Origin: Patescibacteria group bacterium
Lineage (GTDB): Bacteria > Patescibacteriota > Saccharimonadia > CAILAD01 > BJGX01
Assembly (NCBI GenBank): GCA_026397045.1
Contig: JAPLVO010000010.1
Location: 15,858-79,857 of the forward strand
Reading direction: 5' to 3'
Length of the DNA: 64,000 nt
Shown: one piece after another, positions 18,570 through 30,160 of the stretch
Position numbering within the stretch: position 1 is the first letter of the stretch
How the letters are laid out: each line of letters starts with the position of its first letter
Program-made: the position numbers and the translations under genes
Notes under the pieces: generated by a model
Databases searched by the model: none
Seen by the model: the letters and a program-made list of their open reading frames with translations, nothing else
What the model was told of the DNA's origin: nothing

Positions 18570-20334
18570 GATTAGGAATTTTTGCATTATAGCTCATATT
18601 GATCATGGCAAATCCACTTTGGCAGATCGCCTACTTGAGATTACAGGAACCGTAGCCAAACGCGACATGAAGGCCCAGCTACTCGACACTATGGAGCTGG
18701 AACGAGAAAAAGGAATAACCATCAAGCTGCAGCCTGCTCGCATGAATTGGAAGGGACACGAGTTAAATCTAATTGACACCCCTGGGCATGTTGATTTTAG
18801 CTATGAGGTAAGCCGATCGCTTGAGGCCGTCGAAGGAGCAATCCTAGTGGTGGATGCAAGCCAAGGTATACAAGCCCAGACCTTAGCAAATGTGTATATG
18901 GCTATTGAGGCTGGGTTACATATAATCCCGGTAATGAACAAAATCGATCTTCCTGCGGCTGAGCCAGAAAGGGTTGCGCAAGAAATTGGTAATCTTTTAG
19001 GGGTAGATCCACTGAGCGTTAGCAGTATATCTGCAAAGACCGGAGAGGGAGTAGATGATCTTCTCGACAGAATAATAAAAGATGTCCCGGCACCTACACA
19101 CGAAGAAGGTCCAACCAGAGCTTTAATATTTGACTCAATCTATGATGGCTATCGAGGGGTAATACTCTATGTGCGAGTAGTTAGTGGTACTATTTTTACC
19201 AATTCCGAGATCACTCTGATGCAGTCTGAAAGCGATTCTCTGGCCTTGGAGGTTGGTCATTTATCGCCAGCTAGAGTCGAGGATCCCGAGATAGGCCCCG
19301 GTCAGATAGGATTTATCACCACCAATATTAAGTCGGTACAGTTCGCTAGGGTTGGAGACACTGTGACCTTGGCCGAGAATAGAGCAACCGAGCCTTTGCC
19401 GGGCTATAAAAAAGTTCAGCCTTTAATCTTTGCTAGCTTCTACCCAATTAGCCAAGAGGAGTTTCCTAAGCTCAAAGACTCGCTTGAAAAACTCTCGCTA
19501 AATGATGCCTCGCTATCCTATACTACTGAAAACTCAGCTGCCCTGGGTTTTGGCGTGAGGATCGGTTTTCTTGGGCTGCTGCACTTAGAGATAATTAAAG
19601 AGCGACTGGACAGGGAGTTTGATCTGGATCTAATCGTCACAAGTCCAAGTGTTAGCTATGAGGTTTCGTTGACCAACGGAAGCAAGGAGAGGGTCGAGCA
19701 AGCCAGTGCTCTGCCAGATGAATCCCAAATACTGAGCATTGCAGAACCTTGGGTAAGAGGGGAGATCGTAACTCCCTCGGAATATATTGGCCCTGTACTA
19801 GGGCTTATTATTGATGCTAGAGGCAAGCAGACCAAGCTCGAATACTTCGACCAATCGCGCGCCGTAATCGGTTTCGAAGCCCCATTGGCTGAAGTTATAA
19901 CTGATTTTTATGATGTCCTTAAGAGCCAATCTTCTGGCTTCGCATCGCTGACCTATGAATGGGACAGATACGAAACTGGTGATCTTGTAAAAGTAGATAT
20001 TCTGCTGGCGGGGGAGAAAGTTGATTCCCTCGGTGTAATTATTGCTCGAGCCAAAGCAGAAAACTATGGCCGAGATCTTTGCGAAAGATTAAAAAAGTTG
20101 ATCCCCCGTCAAAATTTTGAAGTGGCCGTGCAGGCCGCAATTGGAGCAAAATTCATCGCCCGCGAAACAATCTCGGCAGTCCGAAAGGATGTCACGGCAA
20201 AGCTCTACGGAGGCGATATTAGCCGCAAAAAGAAGCTTTTACAAAAGCAGAAGAAGGGTAAGGCCCGCATGAAACAAATAGGCAAGGTTTCTATACCATC
20301 TAGTGTTTTTATGGACCTTATTAAGAAAGCTTAA
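18562..20334 (+). CDS. lepA: Elongation factor 4 (LepA)
   Basis: IRNFCIIAHIDHGKSTLADRLL, DTPGHVDF, NKIDL, plus the LepA-specific C-terminal domain. The likely GTG start at 18562 overlaps the end of murJ. Confidence 0.9.
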   Translation: MDKIRNFCIIAHIDHGKSTLADRLLEITGTVAKRDMKAQLLDTMELEREKGITIKLQPARMNWKGHELNLIDTPGHVDFSYEVSRSLEAVEGAILVVDASQGIQAQTLANVYMAIEAGLHIIPVMNKIDLPAAEPERVAQEIGNLLGVDPLSVSSISAKTGEGVDDLLDRIIKDVPAPTHEEGPTRALIFDSIYDGYRGVILYVRVVSGTIFTNSEITLMQSESDSLALEVGHLSPARVEDPEIGPGQIGFITTNIKSVQFARVGDTVTLAENRATEPLPGYKKVQPLIFASFYPISQEEFPKLKDSLEKLSLNDASLSYTTENSAALGFGVRIGFLGLLHLEIIKERLDREFDLDLIVTSPSVSYEVSLTNGSKERVEQASALPDESQILSIAEPWVRGEIVTPSEYIGPVLGLIIDARGKQTKLEYFDQSRAVIGFEAPLAEVITDFYDVLKSQSSGFASLTYEWDRYETGDLVKVDILLAGEKVDSLGVIIARAKAENYGRDLCERLKKLIPRQNFEVAVQAAIGAKFIARETISAVRKDVTAKLYGGDISRKKKLLQKQKKGKARMKQIGKVSIPSSVFMDLIKKA

Positions 20335-20384
20335 TTGCGATAGAGGCTGAACTCTTTTATAATTACTAATCAAAGGAGGTATAA

Positions 20385-20996
20385 ATGGAAGATCAAAACT
20401 TAGACAATACTACTGAAACAAACATAGCCGAGCGAAAGGTCGATAAGAAAACAGTGATCACACTCGTGGTTTTATTGGTGCTAGTTGTAATGGGTGGAGT
20501 TGGGTCGTGGTTTTGGCAACAGAGAATTATCAATTCCCAGAAGGCTAGTTCCCAAAAACAAATAGATGATCTTAGCGCAGAACTGAAAGCTGTACAGGCA
20601 GAGCAAGCCAACGACACTAAAAAAGACCAAGTGCTGGCCGAGGTGGATCAAAAAGCCATAACAGATCAAGTTCAGGCTATCTATAAGTACTGGATAGATA
20701 ATAAGGACAAAGATATTAATTATCTATTAAAAAATAATCTTATTACGCCTGCACTTGTGGAGCAATATAACTCTGGCTTGTCTTACGACCTAATATCGTG
20801 TAGCCAAAACACATTAGACAAATCTAGCGACTATACCTTTAGCCTGCCCACAATTACATCCCCAACCTCCGCTTCGATGCAAATAAGCGGTGAGTACCCG
20901 GGCGCAGGTACCCCATCTACACTCATAATAAATCTCGATATGAAAAAGGATAGCCAAGTATGGAAGCTTAATAAGGTCTCTTGCCCCAAAAGCTAG
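20385..20996 (+). CDS. Hypothetical membrane-anchored protein
   Basis: 203-aa ORF. Single N-terminal TM helix (VITLVVLLVLVVMGGVGSWFW) followed by a coiled coil. Confidence 0.35.
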   Translation: MEDQNLDNTTETNIAERKVDKKTVITLVVLLVLVVMGGVGSWFWQQRIINSQKASSQKQIDDLSAELKAVQAEQANDTKKDQVLAEVDQKAITDQVQAIYKYWIDNKDKDINYLLKNNLITPALVEQYNSGLSYDLISCSQNTLDKSSDYTFSLPTITSPTSASMQISGEYPGAGTPSTLIINLDMKKDSQVWKLNKVSCPKS

Positions 20997-21020
20997 AAAA
21001 ACAGAATAAATTATTTCTTA

Positions 21021-21047
21021 TTAGCACTCTTGACATTAGAGTGCTAA
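21021..21047. promoter_or_regulatory. CIRCE operator (HrcA binding site), perfect consensus, overlapping a sigma70-like promoter
   Basis: TTAGCACTC-ttgacatta-GAGTGCTAA equals the consensus TTAGCACTC-N9-GAGTGCTAA. A -35 TTGACA lies in the spacer (21031-21036), with a TATTAT -10 near 21053-21058. A second, degenerate copy TTAGCACTC-taatgtgtt-GACTGCCAA lies at 21068-21094. Confidence 0.85.
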
Positions 21048-21119
21048 TTTATTATTATGGTTATACATTAGCACTCTAATGTGTTGACTGCCAATAGTAC
21101 AAGTACTATTATTAACATT

Positions 21120-21818
21120 ATGACAGATAGACAAAGCAGCATCCTAGCCGAAATAGTAAGGCTTTACGCTGATAGTGCCGAACCAGTTAGTTCCCGTGAG
21201 CTGGCCAGCCACTTCGGCCTTAGTTCTGCTACGCTTCGATCTGATATGTCGACGCTAGAGGATTCGGGGTATATTTACCAGCCTCATGTGTCTTCTGGGC
21301 GTGTTCCCACCGACGCCGGCTATCGACATTTTGTAAATGAAATAGCCGATCGGCCAGCTATCAGTGGCCGTAGCATGCAGACCATATCTAAGCGGGTTGA
21401 TAGCTTCAAGGACCGCACCGATGGTGCAATCAAGATCGCCGCCGAGACGCTAAGCGATATGACAGGAAATATGACCTTTGCTACACTTAGCGATTCAGTT
21501 TATTTTCACGGCATGAACCAGCTTTTTAGCCAGCCAGAATTTACCGATATAGCCCAGGTTAGCCAGGCCGCCAAATTACTTGATTCTATGCAAACCTGGC
21601 TAGCTAGTGCTGATATAGAGAACATGCAGGTATATATAGGACAAGAGAACCCCATAACCCGTAGCAGTGGCCTAACTATGGTCCTCAATCGGTTCAGAAG
21701 CCCCTATTCGGATCGAAGCTACATCGGTATCGTCGGCCCCACCAGGCAGAGTTACGAGAAAGTTCTTGACTTAGTAGAGGGCACTAGCAGAGCCCTGCAG
21801 GAAGTATTTAGCGAGTAA
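21120..21818 (+). CDS. hrcA: Heat-inducible transcription repressor HrcA
   Basis: Follows the CIRCE operator. N-terminal winged helix (SSILAEIVRLYADSAEPVSSRELASHFGLSSATLRSDMSTLEDSGYI). The hrcA-grpE-dnaK-dnaJ gene order supports the call. The ORF track starts at GTG 21081; the ATG at 21120 is more likely. Confidence 0.8.
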   Translation: MTDRQSSILAEIVRLYADSAEPVSSRELASHFGLSSATLRSDMSTLEDSGYIYQPHVSSGRVPTDAGYRHFVNEIADRPAISGRSMQTISKRVDSFKDRTDGAIKIAAETLSDMTGNMTFATLSDSVYFHGMNQLFSQPEFTDIAQVSQAAKLLDSMQTWLASADIENMQVYIGQENPITRSSGLTMVLNRFRSPYSDRSYIGIVGPTRQSYEKVLDLVEGTSRALQEVFSE

Positions 21819-21832
21819 AGGAAGGCAATATT

Positions 21833-22342
21833 ATGACAAAGCAAAACCCAAGCCCAAAGCCTAAAAAATCCAAGACCAAGCTAACAGTTGATTATAGACT
21901 GCGATCAGTGGAGCTGACAGAGGCTCTCCAGAGGCTCCAAGCCGAGTTCGAAAACTACAAAAAACGACAGCAGGAGGAGCAGGCTAGCACTATGTCCAGG
22001 GCAAAAGAATCCGTGCTCAATGAGCTACTTCCAGCTCTAGATAACTTTGACCTTGCATCGTCACATTTGCCAAAAGAGCTGGAGTCCAACTCTTGGGCGC
22101 AAGGTATGCAATATATTGGCCAGCAGCTCACCCAAAAGCTAGATGATCTAGGGGTTATAAAGCTTAATCCTATTAGTGAGCAATTTGATCATAATATCCA
22201 CGAAGCAATCGACCATGTCCAATCTGATAAACCGGAGGGGATCATAACCGATGTGCTCACTCCGGGCTACCAGATTGGAGAAAGAGTCGTCCGCCCGGCT
22301 CGTGTAAAAGTAAGTGGCGGAAATACTAAAGCTAGTAATTAA
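21833..22342 (+). CDS. grpE: Nucleotide exchange factor GrpE
   Basis: Coiled-coil N-terminus and a GrpE C-terminal beta domain (DHNIHEAIDHV...GYQIGERVVRPARVKV). Confidence 0.85.
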   Translation: MTKQNPSPKPKKSKTKLTVDYRLRSVELTEALQRLQAEFENYKKRQQEEQASTMSRAKESVLNELLPALDNFDLASSHLPKELESNSWAQGMQYIGQQLTQKLDDLGVIKLNPISEQFDHNIHEAIDHVQSDKPEGIITDVLTPGYQIGERVVRPARVKVSGGNTKASN

Positions 22343-22356
22343 ATAGTAAAAAATAA

Positions 22357-24315
<1,959 letters not shown>

Positions 24316-24340
24316 CCTTCTTAGGCTAATATAGACGCCA

Positions 24341-25252
24341 ATGAACAAGCGTGATTACTATGAAGTACTTGGTGTAAGTAAGACAGCCACCCAAGAGGAA
24401 ATTAAAAAAGCCTTTAGGAAAAAGGCAGTTGAGCTCCATCCTGACAGAGGTGGTGATGAGACTAAATTCAAAGAAGCTAATGAAGCCTACGAAGTACTCA
24501 AAGATACCTCCAAAAGACAAGCCTACGATCAGATGGGCCATGCCGCAGGCGCCGACCAGGCCGGGGGCGGTAACCCTTATTCTGGCTTCCAGGGCGGTCA
24601 AGGATTCGACCCCAATGAAATTAGATTTGATTTTGGCGGTGGCGCAGGTGGGGGTGGCCTAAATGACATATTTGATATGTTTTTCAGAGGAGGCAATGGC
24701 AACCAAACAAGAGATGTCGAGCTGTCATTGACGATAGACTTCAAAGAAGCAATTAGCGGTGCCACAAAAGAGCTCAGCCTCAGGGTTGCGGACAATAAAA
24801 ATGGCGGTCGCAAACAGGAGAATATAAAAATCAAAATACCTGCAGGCATAGACACCGGCCAAGCTATTAAGCTAGAAGGTAAAGGGGAAATAAACCAACA
24901 AGGTATGCGTGGAGATTTGTATGTAAGATTTCTAGTTAGGCCCGATAGTAGGTTTGAGCGCGATGGCGATAACATTTTATCCAAGATAAAAATAGATATG
25001 GTTCAGGCCGCACTTGGAGTAGATTATCCGATCGAGACTATATGGGGGGATGTGAAGCTTAAAATACCTGCCGGTACTCAGCCGAATAAGATATTTAAGC
25101 TCACTGGCAAAGGGATGCCACTTATAAACTCAGAGCGCAAGGGAGATCATATAGTCATAGCTGAAGTGTCGATACCAACTAAGCTCAGCAGTAAGCAGAA
25201 AAGTATTCTCCAGGAATTAGCCAAAGCATCAAGCAAACATCGTTTTTGGTAG
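24341..25252 (+). CDS. dnaJ: DnaJ-class co-chaperone: J domain plus G/F region, with no Cys-rich zinc-finger domain (type II, CbpA-like architecture)
   Basis: [35 protein letters not shown] with the HPD motif. A Gly-rich linker follows. No CxxCxGxG repeats are present. Confidence 0.8.
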   Translation: MNKRDYYEVLGVSKTATQEEIKKAFRKKAVELHPDRGGDETKFKEANEAYEVLKDTSKRQAYDQMGHAAGADQAGGGNPYSGFQGGQGFDPNEIRFDFGGGAGGGGLNDIFDMFFRGGNGNQTRDVELSLTIDFKEAISGATKELSLRVADNKNGGRKQENIKIKIPAGIDTGQAIKLEGKGEINQQGMRGDLYVRFLVRPDSRFERDGDNILSKIKIDMVQAALGVDYPIETIWGDVKLKIPAGTQPNKIFKLTGKGMPLINSERKGDHIVIAEVSIPTKLSSKQKSILQELAKASSKHRFW

Positions 25253-25289
25253 CCTTACAATATCCTGGCCGTAGGTCTATAATAAGCTT

Positions 25290-25769
25290 ATGAACATTGG
25301 TTTTGATATTATATTTTTGTCCTTGGTAGCAGTGTCAACTGGTGCAGGATTCCTGATTGGCGACGAAAGGTCACAGCGCATGGCGGTAGGGGTTGTGATA
25401 GGTACACTAGCTGCACTGGAGTTTGCTAAGCCGATCACAGAACTGACAGCTAGCAAACTAGACTTCATTAGCCCAGCCATAGTGGCAATCTGCCTATTGG
25501 TACTGTCTGTGGCGGCCTGCCTAATAGGCAAAAATGTCCGCGACCCAAAGTGGCCAAAAAATAAGATCAAAGCCCTTGTATCTGGGTTTGTATCTAGCCT
25601 TGTAGCTGCTGGAGTAATAATATCTAGCCTCGAACCTTCGGTCAGGGAAAAGCTGGTGACTGATTATAACCTAGCGGCGCTAGCTTACGACTTAAGGCTT
25701 ATCACTCTTGCGGCTCTGATAATATCGATAATAGTGGGGTATCTGGCCATCGGCAAGGCAAAAAAGTAG
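25290..25769 (+). CDS. Hypothetical membrane protein
   Basis: 159-aa ORF with 4 predicted TM helices. Confidence 0.3.
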   Translation: MNIGFDIIFLSLVAVSTGAGFLIGDERSQRMAVGVVIGTLAALEFAKPITELTASKLDFISPAIVAICLLVLSVAACLIGKNVRDPKWPKNKIKALVSGFVSSLVAAGVIISSLEPSVREKLVTDYNLAALAYDLRLITLAALIISIIVGYLAIGKAKK

Positions 25770-25878
25770 TTGACTAGAAGGTGTTTTGATCTGTATTATT
25801 GCTAGGTTAATTAATAAACTATATTTTATACTTATTTTGAACTAGAATTATAGATGAGTATTAAAAAGAAAGGCCAAG

Positions 25879-26784
25879 ATGAAGATAATAGTATTAGCCC
25901 GGCCTAATCGCAAAAACGGAGCCGAACGACTACTAGAAGCTGCTACCAAGCGAGGCCATGATGCCCGAATAGTGAATTACACTAAGTGCTACTGTAATGT
26001 CGTAAAGAGCAAGCCACAGGTATATTACGAAGGCAAGCCGCTAGAGGGAATTGATGCAATCATACCTAGAATTTCGATAGCCAGCCAGGCATATGGTAGT
26101 GCAATAATTAGGCAGTTTGAGATGATGAATGTATTCTCTACGACAGGTTCACTTGCCTTCATTAGAACCAGAGATAAATTACGAAGCATGCAACTTTTAG
26201 CAAGGCACGATATCGATATCCCCAAGACAGTTGTTGCCAATAACACAGATGCGCTCGACGAGCTTATTGCGATGGTTGGCGGCGCACCCTTAATTGTCAA
26301 AGTTGCCAGGGGAAGCCAAGGAATGGGGGTTATGCTAGCTGAAACTCGCAGTGCAGCCAAAGCGATAATCCAGGCGTTTTATTCCCAGAATGTAAATATT
26401 TTGGTTCAAGAATTCATTAAAGAATCTAATGGTAGCGATGTCAGAGCTTTTGTTGTCGATGGCAAAATAGTCGCAGCCATGAAGCGACAGGGCCCAGAGG
26501 GCGAGTTTAGATCTAACATACATTTGGGCGGCGAGGGTGTACCTATAAAACTAACTAGGGCAGAGAGGCTCATATCCTTAGGCGCTGCCAAGGCTATGAA
26601 TCTTAACATCGCCGGCGTGGATCTTTTACAGTCAGAGCGAGGCCCCTTGGTAATGGAGGTCAACGCATTTCCGATGTTTGGCGAAATAGAATCAGTTACT
26701 AGCCAGGATATTGCAGGGGAGATAATTGAGCATGTCGAAGACCATGTGCCTCGCAAAAGGAAGAGAGATAGAGTAGGGGCTTAA
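25879..26784 (+). CDS. rimK: RimK-type ATP-grasp alpha-L-glutamate ligase (ribosomal protein S6 modification)
   Basis: Collinear with E. coli RimK across its full length. RDKLRSMQLLARHDIDIPKT, MVGGAPLIVKVARGSQGMGVMLAETR, ILVQEFIKE, EFRSNIHLGG and GPLVMEVNAFP all match the RimK family, not merely a generic ATP-grasp. Confidence 0.8.
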   Translation: MKIIVLARPNRKNGAERLLEAATKRGHDARIVNYTKCYCNVVKSKPQVYYEGKPLEGIDAIIPRISIASQAYGSAIIRQFEMMNVFSTTGSLAFIRTRDKLRSMQLLARHDIDIPKTVVANNTDALDELIAMVGGAPLIVKVARGSQGMGVMLAETRSAAKAIIQAFYSQNVNILVQEFIKESNGSDVRAFVVDGKIVAAMKRQGPEGEFRSNIHLGGEGVPIKLTRAERLISLGAAKAMNLNIAGVDLLQSERGPLVMEVNAFPMFGEIESVTSQDIAGEIIEHVEDHVPRKRKRDRVGA

Positions 26785-26854
26785 ACGCTGCGGCTGGGCC
26801 AATTAACTATTCAATACTCCACCCTACAACGGCTAATATAGTTAGGTTAAAAAA

Positions 26855-27451
26855 TTGAAGTTACTACTTATAAATAATAATACATACTACAAGAATAGGC
26901 TTAAAGACCTACTCATTAAGCATGAGCTGGATATCATAGATTATGATGAATTGGCTGGGTTTGACTTACAAAAATACGATATAGTAGTGTTGTCTGGCGG
27001 CGGGATAAAGGTTGAGGGTAAAAAGCGATCTCTCAAGAGATTTAGCCACCTTTACGAAGATCAAATTGAGCTGGTCAGAGAATCCAATAAGCCAGTTGTC
27101 GGGATTTGTTTAGGATGCCAGATCATTGGCCACAGTTATGGGGCAGAGCTGCATAGGTTTTTTACCACTCGGCGCAAGGGTTTATTCCCTATAGTAGCCA
27201 TTAAGAAAAATAAGCTCATGGCTGGCAAAGATGAAGCTATGGTTTTCCAATCTAATCGCTGGATGATTACTGAATTACCCGAGGAACTAATCTGTATAGC
27301 CGCCTCCAACGAAGGCGCTGAAATAATCAAACACAAAACAAAACCCATCTATGGCGTCCAGTTCCACCCTGAGAGAGAGAAGCCAGGTGGCGAGGGGCGT
27401 AAAATATTTAATAGAATTCTCAAACAAATTTACGATGAAGAGGTTTCTTGA
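26855..27451 (+). CDS. Stand-alone class I glutamine amidotransferase-like protein (GATase1; TrpG/PabA/GuaA-small-subunit-like)
   Basis: Catalytic Cys in GICLGCQI and His-Glu in GVQFHPE. About 198 aa with no synthase domain. Confidence 0.6.
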   Translation: MKLLLINNNTYYKNRLKDLLIKHELDIIDYDELAGFDLQKYDIVVLSGGGIKVEGKKRSLKRFSHLYEDQIELVRESNKPVVGICLGCQIIGHSYGAELHRFFTTRRKGLFPIVAIKKNKLMAGKDEAMVFQSNRWMITELPEELICIAASNEGAEIIKHKTKPIYGVQFHPEREKPGGEGRKIFNRILKQIYDEEVS

Positions 27452-28145
27452 ATTCAGCGCTTAGATGGTAGAAGTTATAAATTATCTTCTCAGCAACTTC
27501 AGGGTTATACCTCGGAGGCATATCTATGTTCGTGAACCATCTGAATGGCACTCGGTGTTTTAGCCAGCTATTGACCTTAAGTGTGCCCCGATGCGCAGTA
27601 TATTCCGGGTGGAATTGCACGCCAAATATTGGCTTATATTTATGCTCATAAGCCTGGATATTTTTACCATTAGATAGAGCAGTTAATCTAAGTTCTGGGG
27701 GTAGATGAACTACATTTGAAGTGTGGCTCTCGAAAGCATAGAACTTTTTCGGGATATTCCTGAACAGTCGAGATGGGCTAGTCTGGTATATTTTAGTCCA
27801 CCCAATCTCGGGGTTTTCATAGTGTTCGATGCTAGTAAAATCTGAGAGAGCCGCGACAATAGCTTGAAAGCCAAAGCATATACCTAGGATTGGTATGCCT
27901 TCTCTTTCGGCCTTTTGTATCAATGGCTTTAGCCTAGAGTATATTATGCTACTTTCGTCGACGCTGCTGCCCGAACCAGTCAGGATTATATGACTATAGC
28001 GGTCTAGCTGCTGAGGTAGTGGCCCTTCAATACTATGCAGTACGCTGGTCTTGGCACTGAAGTGCCTATGGAATTGACTGCACTTAATACACTTGTGTTT
28101 AAAGGAGTTATCAACAATGAGGATTTTTTTATTCATACATAACAA
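27420..28145 (-). CDS. Second stand-alone class I glutamine amidotransferase-like protein. It is convergent with the previous gene, and their 3' ends overlap.
   Basis: GICFGFQAIV and GVQFHPE motifs. 241 aa. Its 3' end overlaps the previous gene by 32 nt. Confidence 0.6.
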   Translation of the reverse strand: MLCMNKKILIVDNSFKHKCIKCSQFHRHFSAKTSVLHSIEGPLPQQLDRYSHIILTGSGSSVDESSIIYSRLKPLIQKAEREGIPILGICFGFQAIVAALSDFTSIEHYENPEIGWTKIYQTSPSRLFRNIPKKFYAFESHTSNVVHLPPELRLTALSNGKNIQAYEHKYKPIFGVQFHPEYTAHRGTLKVNSWLKHRVPFRWFTNIDMPPRYNPEVAEKIIYNFYHLSAEFKKPLHRKFV

Positions 28146-28271
28146 TTATAGCAAGTATATTTGGCAAACACAGATTTAAGTTAGCTCGGGCTAACACTTG
28201 ATTTGTATGCTCGAGAGAAGTATACTCGTTTAAATTTGTATTCTGCAAGTTTGTACCTTCAGGAGGTTAAC

Positions 28272-28823
28272 ATGATTTTTGCAAGTTATGTAGATTTGAG
28301 CTTAGACAGTGCATATCGACGCCTAGGCATCCAAGAGCCAAGCTTTGGAAACCCAAGGATTAAGATTTTAAACAACTGTAAAATTGATCGCTGGAAGTTT
28401 GTTTATTCTAGGCCGCCAGGCCTCGAGCAACAGCAGGCCACAGCCGACATCAAACCAAGCCTTGAGGACTCACTAATGGTTATGGTTATGGATATTCCCA
28501 GCACGCTTATCGATAGGCTCTGCCTTGCTAATGGGGTTTACTCTGGCTTGCGACGCTTCGATAGCGTTTATACCGAGAGTGAAGATATAGCAGTATTGCG
28601 TTTTTGCAAGCCAATCGCCTTAAAGCCATCTGTTACCTATGTAGCTAACCTGGTGGCAAATCTTTTAGAGGCTGGGATAACCCCGAGCTATGTAGAGACC
28701 ATTATTTCTAATGCTGGTTTCGATAAATCCGACATAGAAACAATGTTTTCCGAAACCAACTACAAAGATACTGCCGAGTCTGGTAGTTTTATGCGCGAAT
28801 GGGCGCTCAAAAATCTGTGCTAA
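28272..28823 (+). CDS. Hypothetical cytoplasmic protein
   Basis: ORF with no recognisable motif. A GGAGG sequence precedes the ATG at 28272; the ORF track starts earlier, at 28203. Confidence 0.3.
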   Translation: MIFASYVDLSLDSAYRRLGIQEPSFGNPRIKILNNCKIDRWKFVYSRPPGLEQQQATADIKPSLEDSLMVMVMDIPSTLIDRLCLANGVYSGLRRFDSVYTESEDIAVLRFCKPIALKPSVTYVANLVANLLEAGITPSYVETIISNAGFDKSDIETMFSETNYKDTAESGSFMREWALKNLC

Positions 28824-28873
28824 TTCTTTAGCCCAGCCAAATCACCTTGGCTGGGCTAAAAAAATATTATAAT

Positions 28874-29254
28874 TTAGTAGGTTTTAAAAAAATACCCAGC
28901 CTGAGTATCGGCGTAACAGATATCAAAGGTGCCTTTGGGGGCCTGAGACTCTGGGAGATAAAATTCAACCTCTTTTCCAGAGTTTAACCTAGGGACTAAA
29001 ACGCAGTCTTTCCCAGTAATCTTGGTAGGCCCGGGCACCTTACCGTTACCCGTGGCGTTTATAGTGAAGCTCTTACCTGACTTATCTAGCACTACTATTT
29101 GGTATTGGCCAAATGATGTTCGGGATAAATCGTACCTTGCACTAACAACTTTGCCTTTTATGCTAGGCTTCTTTGAAAGTAATAGTATGGCAGAGATTAT
29201 ACCTACTATTAAAATTAAGCTCGCAGCTGCGATGAAAAATATTTTTTTATTCAT
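28874..29254 (-). CDS. Small secreted or membrane-anchored hypothetical protein
   Basis: 126 aa with an N-terminal signal anchor (IFFIAAASLILIVGIISAILLL). Confidence 0.3.
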   Translation of the reverse strand: MNKKIFFIAAASLILIVGIISAILLLSKKPSIKGKVVSARYDLSRTSFGQYQIVVLDKSGKSFTINATGNGKVPGPTKITGKDCVLVPRLNSGKEVEFYLPESQAPKGTFDICYADTQAGYFFKTY

Positions 29255-29314
29255 AATCTATATTATAGCAAAGTCTGACACCACATGCTCGTAGTCGCCG
29301 CCCTACCTTTTGGC

Positions 29315-30160
29315 TCAAGATAAACTAAGGTCTTTTGTGGTATAGCGCCAGTAAGCAATGATAAGTAAGACCATACTCAGCCCAAAGAGAGCCAGCATAT
29401 ACCAAATATCTGCACTACTAAACTTATATCCTGCAGTAGTAGCTTCAAATACAAAAGTAGGAGCAAGGTATTTTAGTTTTTCTTGTTGGGGCTGTATTTG
29501 TGCATACACCCCAACTAGGAAGCTGATAAAGAAGGCCGCAACTACCACCATATTTCTTTTTGATGTTCGCCTAGATATCGCAGTTAGTGAAAATGCTAAA
29601 GTGCCAAAGAATAGGTAAACCAAAAATGTCTTGATTGTAAGCCTTGTTAGCTCATATATAAATGGGCTACCATCTTTATTGAGCGCAGGTATTAATATGC
29701 AGCCGACGATAAATAAACCCAGTGTAATTAATATAATGAATGTAACCAGAGCTTTGTATTTGGCCAGAATAATGGAGCTTTTCATTATTGGCTTAGTCGC
29801 AAGATAGTCTATATGATTTTCATTATTTTCTTTGGCCAAAATGTTGGAGCCAAGATTTATCGAATATATAATTATCGCTATAACAAAAAATTGGCTCATA
29901 TAGCTAAAAAAGAAGAATATGTCTTGAAAGCTAACACCCGTGATGCCGCCGAGCCCAAAGGCAGCACCAAATCCCTTGGGTAGTGCATTAATTTTTGCAT
30001 TTACTAGTTCAAGGTAGTCTGACGATTTGAAAGAGGGGAAGGTGAGCATGAACAAGGTCATTATGATTAAGATAGCTGCCAACCAAACTAAAAATGGCTT
30101 ATAGTTTTGCTTTATTTCAAATTTATATAGGTTCCAGTAGCTTTTCTGGCTTTGTCTCAT
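29315..30160 (-). CDS. ABC-2 type transporter permease
   Basis: 281 aa with 6 TM helices. The 4-nt overlap with the upstream ATPase gene suggests translational coupling. Confidence 0.5.
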   Translation of the reverse strand: MRQSQKSYWNLYKFEIKQNYKPFLVWLAAILIIMTLFMLTFPSFKSSDYLELVNAKINALPKGFGAAFGLGGITGVSFQDIFFFFSYMSQFFVIAIIIYSINLGSNILAKENNENHIDYLATKPIMKSSIILAKYKALVTFIILITLGLFIVGCILIPALNKDGSPFIYELTRLTIKTFLVYLFFGTLAFSLTAISRRTSKRNMVVVAAFFISFLVGVYAQIQPQQEKLKYLAPTFVFEATTAGYKFSSADIWYMLALFGLSMVLLIIAYWRYTTKDLSLS

